Below, piece after piece: positions 53,788-64,000 of a stretch of 64,000 nt of DNA. The position numbers and the translations under genes were made by a program. The notes under the pieces were generated by a model. The model ran no database searches and was not told where the DNA came from. It saw nothing but the letters and a program-made list of their open reading frames with translations. How positions within the stretch are numbered: position 1 is the first letter of the stretch; each line of letters opens with the position of its first letter. Source of the stretch: Octopus sinensis (Eukaryota). The stretch covers positions 24,366,001-24,430,000 of the forward strand of contig NC_043006.1 in the NCBI RefSeq assembly GCF_006345805.1, written 5' to 3'.

Positions 53788-53945
53788 GTGGTCGTATACT
53801 GTCAATTCAATGTGACAGTCCTGTAAAGGAATTACACCACCGCCATTTAGCCCTAGGAAACATCGACATCTCCTGTCGGCTTTGACACATTTTCTGTGTC
53901 CTTATATTTGCAAAGGGGAGGCAATCACCCAGCAAACCGAGACAA

Positions 53946-54001
53946 GGCACCCGAAGACATATGTTTCTGAGTCTATTGCTCGTCGTCAGTTCAGGGTAGC
54001 C
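53946..54001 (-). ncRNA. Type I hammerhead ribozyme (minimal palindromic helix III, GUC cleavage site)
   Basis: Minus strand GGCUACCCUGAA-CUGACGA-C-GAG-CAAUAGA-CUC-A-GAAA-C-AUAU-G-UC-UUCGGGUGCC. All core nucleotides are present, and helix I has 10 bp with two U bulges. Confidence 0.8.
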
Positions 54002-54815
54002 TGCCTCGCTCACTGAGATGACTGCATAGACAACGGACGATAAATGATGATGATGTCTAAGAAATCCACTTCCAAGGCCTTTTAAGACAGTAGGGAGTAA
54101 TTTAATGGTTGTTTGGCTGCTATTCTATGAAATCAGTCAGATCAAGTAACAATAAGGAGCCTACTTGATTTAAATTCTCTGAACTACTGCATTTATGTTT
54201 ATGGGGCAAGACACTATTTTTGAAGATTCACTCAGCGCCACACTTGCTGCTCTTCTCAGTCCTTCTTCCCCAGAACATTAACACACTGTATCCTTTCTAT
54301 CCTCAGGTCTTCCCCACAAGTTCTGACCTCAACAGTTTAAATGAAACATTAATAGCATGAAGCTCACTAATCTTAGAAAACCTGCATGGCCTGCAAAGGT
54401 CAGGGGCAATAGCAATTCCTCCAGACTAGGCAACAACAAAAAAAATATTTCAAAGGAAAACTTTTAACTCAGAATACAAATGATTCTGATAGCAATGAAT
54501 AAATAAACGAAAGTTTCCATTTTTTAAAAATATCATATAAAAAAAGAAAAAAAAAACTGTGTTTATTTTGTATATTTTAGTGGTGTCCTGGCAAGACCAC
54601 AGCTAAGTGGATGGATGTTATGACTAAAACTAAAACAAACACTGAAGAGTTGATAGATACACTTCTACACATTGTATTTATTTAGGGTAATTAAATTTTT
54701 CAAAACTAAAATTTTACAACATGAATACATATGATGGACTTCTTCCAGTCTGCTTCCCAAATCCACTCATAAGGGTTTGGTCAACCCAGTGCTATTGTAG
54801 AAGACACTTGCTTAA

Positions 54816-55036
54816 CCCTTTCATTACTGTATTTATTTTGAGATGTTCTGTATTTCTTTCAATTACTTTACATATAACAAAAGAATTTAGTAAAATAACT
54901 TCGTTATCATTCAGCTAGTGTTAGGAACATAAATTGTGACTAAGGTTTGGTGGAAGATTTTAATTCAAAACTTATGAAAACAAAACATTTGTACTCAGAG
55001 CCAGAGCCAGTTTCAGCTGGGTTGGTAACGAAAGGG
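54816..55036. mobile_element. piggyBac-type MITE (family B) nested in a SINE
   Basis: TTAA|ccctttcattactg ... ggtaacgaaaggg|tcaa. SINE sequence continues on both sides. Confidence 0.8.
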
Positions 55037-55567
55037 TCAAAGTTCAAACATTGGGACTGAGTTCAAAACTATGTGGCTTGTGAAGTAAATTTCTGAACTG
55101 CACAATCATGTTTGTGTGTGTGCACACGCACGTGCACATGATGTGTTTCATTAAATAAGATTGAACTATTATTTTACTGTTACAAACCATTAATTACAAA
55201 AATAAAATTTAGGTTCTTCCAGATGTAAATCTGATAGAAGAATCTAATTATCCCAGTTTGACAATGGGAAATTGAAATAAAACTCTACCAGTTGATTAAT
55301 GAAGATATTGTGTGCAACACTCACACACTATGTTGCATGCTAATTATGAGTTGAGAAGATATTTTAGTTAAATATGAAAATTTATTGTTTTTATGAAACA
55401 CCCTATTGAGAAGAAAAGGGATGTGTTTTCTGTTACTAACTCGTAAGTAAAAGAAATGGTAAAAAAAGACACACAAATTCAAAATGCTCATTTTCAGAAG
55501 AGTTATTAAATTAGTGAAGATAGAGTTTCTTTGTGAAAACATTTTCTCTTTCTCACTCTCTCTCCAT

Positions 55568-55598
<31 letters not shown>

Positions 55599-56260
55599 CC
55601 ATGCTAAAACAGATACTAGAACATGATGCGGTCAAATTATCCAACCCATGCCAGCATTGGTTAGGTAAATACATATGACTAAGGCATTTTTTTTACAGCC
55701 TGATGGCAAATTTGTACTTGTCTTTTTGAGTAAAGTAATTTTCATTTCAGTCATTTTTGAAAGCACAAAGCTGCTAGACAATTTACAATTCATCGAAAGG
55801 CCTATGTCAACGATGTCATAATCTGAACCCCAGCAAATTTCGAGAGATATGCACAAAGTAAACATAAAGATGATATGTGTACAAACACACTTACAAGAGA
55901 ATGCGTTATACAATTTGCATCTATCATATGCATTCAGAAAGCACTGGTTGACTATAGCAGAAGATAATTGCCAAAACAGGGAGAAAGATTAAACCAGAAG
56001 CCATGTGGCCACAGCTGCACCCCAGAGTCAAAGCTACACACACTTACACACTCACATATATAAACATACACACTCACATATATAAACATACACACTCACA
56101 TATATAAACATAACCTGATAAATGAGTTATATGGTACTGCTACAATTGTTTCAGTAAAAGTCTTTAACGTGATGTAAACATGGTATAATCAAGTATAGCA
56201 ACATGCACAACACACCAACAAAATTGTCACTTACATATATCTCTCTCTCTTTTTTTTTTT

Positions 56261-56643
56261 TTTACTTGTTTCAGTCATTTTGACTGTGGCCATGCTGGTG
56301 CACCGCCTTTAATCGAGCAACTTGACCCCGGGACTTATTCTTTGTAAGCCCAGTACTTATTCTATCGGTCTCTTTTGCCGAACCGCTAAGTGACGGGGAC
56401 ACATCGGTTGTCAAGCAATGCTAGGGGGACAAACACAGACACACAAACATACACGCACATACATATATATACATATATATGACGGGCTTCTTTCAGTTTC
56501 CATCTACCAAATCCACTCACAAGGCTTTGGTTGGCCCGAGGCTATAGTAGAAGACACTTGCCCAAGGTGCCATGCAGTGGGACTGAACCCGGAACCATGT
56601 GGTTGGTAAACAAGCTACTTACCACACAGCCACTCCTGCGCCT
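56261..56643 (-). mobile_element. Young full-length SINE (38291 family)
   Basis: Near-identical head, core and tail. Confidence 0.9.
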
Positions 56644-57973
56644 ATATATATATATTTTTATATATATATATATATATATATAACAATTTAGGACACATCT
56701 GGCTGCCCTCTCTGGTGGACGAATGGCCTGTTAAGGCCATTTCTAAATTGTTATATTTATATATTTTAGTTTTTGACTATTTTCTCTTTTCCACTAGGCC
56801 GCTGGTAGCGATAAATTTCTATTGAATTTTTTTGCTACCCTAAATTGATTATATATATATATATATATATACATATACAGCTGAGTAACCTCTTGTAGTT
56901 GGGCAATTTTCATGGAAGAGTGCCTTGGTGGACTTTTGGAATAGCACACCCACATAAGTTGGATTTTCTGTTTTGATTGGAATTCCTTTTTTTTTTTCAC
57001 CAGACCTTTGCAAATGATGGTGGTGGTGGGGAGCTTTTTATGAAAATGAAACTTTTGAAAATTTATGAGTCACCCTCTCCTAGACTAATTTTGTCCTGTT
57101 CACATCCTCCTCTACAAACTTCAATGGTAGACATCTTTATGGTAAAGACATTGCTGGATTTAAGCAACAACAAAAAAATTATTTTGTAATTTAATTTTTT
57201 AATCCCCACCCGACACCAAACAAGTCTGTGTGTAAGAAAAAATATATTTATTAACAGAAAAGTATGCTATTAAAATAAATCATCTTTAACATATTTTTTT
57301 AAATCACTGTCACCCTAATGAAATTCCTTACACATGCATACACACTCAGTGTGAGCAATAGACATTTACAGAGGTGGGGGGAGTTTACATTGAGAAATGT
57401 GAAAAATGAAAGACAAATAGAGAGAGAGATCTTTACTGTTGCTGTCACAAATTTGATTTTGTGATACCAGAAAAAATTTTGAAAAATGTTACAGGGGTTT
57501 AAATTTGATCATTTTTACCCATCAGAAAACAAGATTTAGAAGGTAGCATTTTGTGCATCATGAAAGTAAACATTACAAGATGAAGTTTTAAAGAAAATGA
57601 CAGCAATGTGTGTGTGTGTGTATGAGTGAGAGAGAGAGAGAGTGAGAGGGATAAATGCATAGGGATAGGTTAAGGAGTAAAAGAGAGAGTGGGATGATGA
57701 CAGGTAGAGAGTGGGAGATTTGTTGATCTAAAAGTTGAGCTATTTCTAGTGGCAAATTATAATTTTTGATTATTATTTATGGACAATGACCTTTTGGGGA
57801 CGCAGGGTTCAAAAATCACATTCATCTTTCTTGAGGATGCACTATTTCAGAGCCTTTTTGGGCTAATTTACATTTCAATAATTTTTCACTGATTTTACTT
57901 ATTCTTGAATTTGATGGACAAATAGCAGTACATAAGCCAACTCAAGAAATCTCTATTGCGACTTTTTATTGAT

Positions 57974-58015
57974 GTACCTGAAGAAACACAGAACAGTTCG
58001 AAACATGTGTTGTAC
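57974..58015 (+). ncRNA. Degenerate minimal type I hammerhead-like motif
   Basis: GUAC-CUGAAGA-AAC(ACAGAACA)GUU-C-GAAA-C-AUGU-G-UU-GUAC. Confidence 0.5.
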
Positions 58016-58173
58016 TTGATAAAGTCTATTACACATTCCATCTCCTATCTTATTAATACTGTTACCTCAACTGCCGCTACGAAGTTCCTGCAGTAAATCT
58101 ACGGATAACAGGTAATTGAAAATGTGCCAGTGCTTTACTCATCAGCTATTTATACATTCTGTACAATTTCTCC

Positions 58174-58259
<86 letters not shown>

Positions 58260-58262
<3 letters not shown>

Positions 58263-59110
58263 GAGAATGGGCTGAAATGTTCATAGGTTGACTATGAAGG
58301 AGTAATGTTAGAGCTGTGAAATCTTGCATACATTAATTTCAACATTTATTAATAATTTCATTGTTTCTTTCCAGATGAACTGACATCTGACTGTTCAAAG
58401 AAGACTTCAAACACAACTAGTTGCAACTTCTCATGAAAATTGACAAAATTTGGCATCCTGATGTTATCAAGTACCTCCAGAAAAAAACAATTTAGCCCCA
58501 ATGACATTCATACTGACAACTTTATCAACAGTGCAAAAATGGTACAGCTGAATTTAGGAGGGTAAGGGAGAGTCTTGGAGATGATCCAACATCTGGATGT
58601 CCTGCCACTGCCAAGCAAAACATTGTGTTCACTACATGTTGATGGATGACAGGTGACTGACTATAAATCAAATAGCCAGTACTGTTAGCATATCCTGTGA
58701 GATAGTTGAGAATATTCTGCACAATGAACTTGGTATGACAAAAGTTTCTGCTCAGTGGGTGTCATGTTTACTGACATCTGATCAAAAGTGTACCAGGCTG
58801 ATCACATCATAGAAAAATCTGACATTGTTTGAGGCAGATCCAGCTGGTTTCCTTGAATGTTTCCTTACCCACGATGGGTGTTGAGTTCATCACTTTGAGT
58901 CAGAGACGAAGAGACAATCAGACACCCCTCCTCACCTGCTCCAAAGATAGCCAAGTTCATTTCATCTGTAGGGAAGGTAAAGACCTCAGTTTTTATCAGA
59001 TGCAAAAGGCATTGTTTATTGACTCTGTTCAAGAGCCACACAATCAATGGAGAGTACTATGTCAACTTGCTGACATAGTTACGAAAGGCCATCAAGACCA
59101 AATATCCACA
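58260..59110 (+). mobile_element. Decayed mariner element (3' truncated)
   Basis: DKIWHPDVIKYLQ, TINQIASTVSIS.EIVENILHNELGMTKVSAQWV..LLT.DQK. Confidence 0.85.
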
Positions 59111-61169
59111 ATGCTCATGAACTTTGCTGAAAGATCATCTTCAGACTGATCTCAGCTGATACTGAGCTTGAACACTTGTGAGTCAATAACTGTAGAGAGA
59201 GAACTGGAAATTTGGTCTGACTGCTTAGAAATCTGGTAATGGTAACTAAGGACAAGATGGAAGTGTTAAACAGGGCTACTAGTCAAAGAAGAGACTGTAT
59301 TGAGGTTTAAATGAAGACAGGAACTTCAGAAAAACCGACAACAACACAGCAACAGTAGTAATAACAACAGGAAAGACCAATGAAAGAGTTTTCTTTAATG
59401 TGGTCCTGAATACATATATGTATGGTCAGAGTTGTAACTAATATGTAAGAAATTATCAAAATTACTATTTCAAAATTTGTATATCCTTTTCTCTAGCCTT
59501 GGGTTAACCTGTACCATGTGAGTGAAAATGGGTAGATGTATACAAGCCCATCAGGAGGATTATACTTGCAATTCAAAAGATACAATCTTATCACATTGTG
59601 TGTCACTGATTTTGTCTGAGAATTACATTAAGTCTGTGGAATACTCAGTCACTTAAATATTAATCCAGGAGCAGGTAATTCAGTTAATCAAATACCTAAA
59701 TCCTCACTGTTGAGCAATGGCGATCTACGAACAGGATTTACTATTTAACAAACTACAAAAGTGTTGACATAATTTTTACATTATCTTTTACTAATACAAG
59801 TTGAAGACTGTTTCATTTGATATTTTATAAAACTGAAGATACTAGTTCAATTGTGAAATAAAAGACTTGTTGGTAATAATAAGGAAACATAATTTAGTGA
59901 AAATATGGAAGAATGAGGTAAACATTTCCCATTGAGCTGTCTCTTAATTGTAATATTTAAAGTTAAGCATGTTACAAGAGTAATTACCAGCCCAGTCTAA
60001 ATACTCAATGATGAAACTTGAGGAAGAATTCCTTAGGCAAAAAGCAAAAGTTTTTTTGGCACACATGCATCTGTTGTTTGGAGTTTGCTTATTCTGAGAT
60101 ACTTGTGTATCTGTCTCTGTCTGTCTCTCGCTCTCTCTTTCTCTCTCTCATGTGCATACACACATACAAGTAGTGAGAGAGTGTGAGAGAATGTATTTGA
60201 CTTTCAGGATAAATTCACTTTGTTTAGGATGTACTTGTGATGAAGGGTATAGAAATTAGTAGTTCTGAGTAGCACATTCTGTAGGAAAAGAGGACACTGA
60301 AAACTGGATGTAGTGTCAGAGTGTATTGAACACTCACTCCTCAACAAGTGGTTCACATAGTGAAAAGAGGAGGAGATGTACCAGCTTCTATTTTGATCTA
60401 CAGCAACAATAAACTAACAAACAGCCTTTAAAGTTGGCATTCACCCAAAAACATAACTGAAGATGAAAGATTTTGCTATAATTAAGCAGTGAAGAAGTAG
60501 GCAAATTGTATATTACTAAAAAGTATGAATAAAGCTATTTTGCTTTTTTTATAATTTCAAATTACCTTTTTTAATATGTTTTATCCATTCCATGAGGACC
60601 TAAAATACTAATTAGAGGTTTATCAATTATTAACTTACTAATCATACTTGCTAATATACTTTTTGGCTGCTCTGTATTTGTTGCTAACCACAATGACTAT
60701 CACTACTGTGTTATAAAGTTCACATTTCTTGGATCTGGTTGGATGGGTTGGATAGTTCTGTAATTCCGTATCAGTGCATATATAAATATATTGTGATCTC
60801 ATCTTTGAGACTCAGTTAGCTAAAACATACTTTAATACTTCCTTTTAAAGGTTTTCTTTTATCTCAACTCAACAGTTGTGTTTTTTTTACAATTCTAACT
60901 ATAGAGTTAGCTATCACACACTCAAACACATACACGGCTATTAGTGTCAATGTATATACACTGATACAGTGTATATAATTGCTGTAGGAAAGTGTATAAA
61001 CATAATCTCTTTCAAGTGTAATCTTACCCCAATAAAATTTCTTGAATAACTAGTTATATAATAGTAACTATGGTGCTCTGACTGAACCCTTCCTCACTGT
61101 GAATGCCACTAAATCAACACATTTACAGAAAAGCCAACTAGTTTGATGCACTAGTGACATTTCTTTTAA

Positions 61170-62650
61170 ATCACACTGTACCATCTTAAAACAATCTATT
61201 CCAAATCATATCATACCATCTGAAATAAGGAAAGGACACATTGGAAAGAGTGGAGTTAGATGCCCCTAAAATGAGATTATCACCACAGCTGGAACATCTC
61301 TAAGCCAAGGTCTACTGGATTTGGGCTAACCTGACAACAACAATCAGACATAAATAGACTAAACAGTGGCAGTGCTCCAACATGTCCAGACTGCAATACT
61401 GCACCACATATAATTAACCACTACATGTTGAAGCATGAAGTGTGGTCTTTAATGAGGTAAAGGAAAGCTGTTATCTGCTACAAAAGATCTTCAGATCTCA
61501 TCTTGTCATTTAGCCAATCATTTATAAACCAGAAGTCAGTTGGATCAAAGCTAGCCTGCAGCTTTACAGCAACTGACTTCGTAGTCTGTAGACTCCCATC
61601 TCCCATGTAGAGCAGTTGGTGCTGAGAATGTCTCCAAATTTAATGAAGACTGATCAACTACTATGTCTATACTAGATGTGAGCAATAAAGAAAAAAATCA
61701 AAACAAGATAACTGTACCTTAACTGTAATGAAGAAAGAAGTGAAACAGCATTGATAAAATAAACTAATGTCATTTTATGTTTACAAAGTATTTTCTTAAG
61801 AGGGAAGAAGCTGATCAGATTAGGTATGACAACATTGTGAATTAGTTGGGGAGACTGTGATGGCTTAAGATACAGATGAGTTTGATTAATTGAGGAGGTG
61901 AAGAAGAGCAGAGAAAATAATTAGTTGTTTCTAAAAGGTGGAATTAAGGTTTAAGGACATTAATGATTATAATGGATAATAGGTAATAGTATAAATTTTA
62001 AGTGAAACTGAATTATTATGAAGCATTCTCAGCTGCTTAGAAGTATTTCAAGATGAGGGGAGTAATTAAGATTTGAGTAGGGGGAAAAATGGTGGTTATG
62101 ACAAGAGAATCTTGGAGACAGAACAGTTTGTTAGCTTGGGTTTAGATCACTGTAGGTAATCATTACACAGACTTTATTATTATTTATATTATCATAAAGT
62201 ACTAGTTCAAAACGTTGGATTGCTGAAAACATTAGGAGATACTTTGTGGTATTTGCCTTGGCTTTTTGCTTTCTAACAACTACACCAACAATGAGACTGG
62301 TGCCAAGGTATATCAACCCTTATTTTCCTGGTAGTGTACAAGAGGACAGAGACTTGTATGCATGGGCAATTGCTAGTTAAAAAAAAAACTCTTGTCCAAG
62401 CATGAACTTTAAGTGTAATTTCCAGGTCTTTATTCTCATGAGAGATGACTACATTCAGGGAAGGGGTTTGATATGATCAACACATTGGAAAGTATAGAGC
62501 TAGATGCCCCTAAAACGAGATCATCTCAGCTGAAACATTTTTAAACCAAAGTCTACTGGATCAGAGCTGACCTGGGGCTAAATGACAACAACAATCATAC
62601 ATAAATAGACTCAACAGAAGTAGTGATCCAACATGGCCAAAATCCAATGA
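61170..62650 (+). repeat. Two copies of an about 180-bp dispersed repeat (about 61235-61400 and 62480-62650)
   Basis: acacattggaaag...tagatgcccctaaaa.gaga...gtctactggat...gacaacaacaatca.acataaatagact is present twice. Confidence 0.75.
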
Positions 62651-64000
62651 TCAAAACCAGTGAATGAGAAACACCAGTGCCCTTTATTTACAAGCTTCAA
62701 GTTAGAGCAAGTTGTTGTCAAAATGTTCCAACCATGACCAACCCAGCTTATAATTTTTCAAGCATAATATCTATGGAGGATATAATCCAATGAATATTTA
62801 TAATTTTTTAAGCCTGTACATTGATTGATAGAAATTTGGCTGTTATCTCTAATAGGTTTGTCAACCACAGAGAGGCTCCTTCAATTAGGTATTGGGATAT
62901 CAGTGATACCTTACTGATACATCAAACTTTAACAAATGATCAAATCTTATTGATACATCAGACTTAATGACACAAACAATATTTGAATAACGGTTATTTA
63001 ATTAGAGCTTTATGCCATATAGCTAAATATCTATATTGAAATAGTAATGATATCAAAGGACAATAATTACCCTGGATATAATCTACATTAATTAGCTATT
63101 AGTAGTACATTAAATCGTGGTCACTATTTACATCTGACATCTTATAACTATCTCACCAATATGATCTTTCTTTCCATATACAACAGCCATTGTCTTAACC
63201 CACTTGGTGACAAAACACTTGAGACCACCTGTAGCCCTAAGATACAAACTTCATATTTGAAAGTTCTCTAAATCAAATTGTTCCATCAAAAATTTCATGT
63301 TAATTCATTTCCCATTTATCAGTTTAATCATTTTACTAAATTCTTCATTTTCAAAATTCAAACAAAGGCAGTGTATTTCAACAAAAATATAGTAACAAAA
63401 TTTGATGTAAATGTCACAAACTTCTAAATAACAATTGTTTCTCTTTAACAAACTTGGTAATTTATAATTGAAACATTTATTTATTGCATTGCTAGAGGAA
63501 GGTTTAGTTATAATCACCCAAAGAAAAGAACAATGAAAAAAATGAAAAAAAGTTGAGCTGCATCTAACATTCAACTTTTAACTTAATTATTCTTTCACCA
63601 ATTGATCAGTCGCTCATACAGCACATTCCTTCTAATCTCAGAATATTTCTTACTAGCTGGGCCTGTGTCATCAAAAATGACAGCTAATTGTAGTATTTTA
63701 TATATATAAGTATGGATGGTAAATCAAATTAATACACTAGTCAATGTTCACATACATTCACATACTTCCCTTGTACATGCACACATATACTTACATACAG
63801 TTGAAATGCTGTTTGATTTTTCTTTTCAGCATTGAATGTTCACCATCCCACCAGTTTGCCATTACTCCTCCCTTCCTTATTCATCTATCACCCTTTACTT
63901 TCTCATTCATATGTTGTGACGGAGAAAAATACAAGAGTATTATTGAAGTTCTTGTAATCTTTATCACCATTCCAAAAATTCAACTATTTTAATTTTCTCA

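Noticed and set aside
57890-60397. Minus-strand micro-exon chain (60338-60397, 58066-58098, 57977 onward) reading ...HLLRNLLQELRSGS-UGA-GTSIK, suggesting selenocysteine
   Set aside because: No homology was recognised. The downstream SECIS-like hairpin lacks the 3' GA of the core. The apparent 88-nt intron coincides with the plus-strand hammerhead-like motif, which explains the sequence better.
1-64000. CRISPR arrays, rRNA, bona fide tRNA or snRNA genes
   Set aside because: None seen. The tRNA-like boxes belong to SINE heads, and the tandem repeats have no unique spacers.

Overview
AT-rich, microsatellite- and transposon-dense eukaryotic intronic/intergenic DNA. The SINE, RTE and MITE families resemble those of coleoid cephalopods (Octopus); this assignment is an inference. 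No complete host gene is recognisable. There is one well-supported minus-strand Ser/Thr-rich exon (4194-4583) and a few weaker exon candidates. The rest is decayed mobile DNA: RTE, CR1-group and R4/Dong LINE pieces, a Helitron helicase, several mariners, hAT and piggyBac-type MITEs, Helentron-like tandem elements, many tRNA-derived SINEs and an ORF1 (CCHC gag-like)-only retroelement. The most notable signal is a family of type I hammerhead ribozyme motifs with short palindromic helix III. It includes a near-intact copy at 53946-54001 (-) and a homologous copy at 10678-11020 (+) that is split by a SINE and joined to a Penelope-type GIY-YIG fragment. Three more degenerate motifs lie at about 11504, 25045 and 57978.
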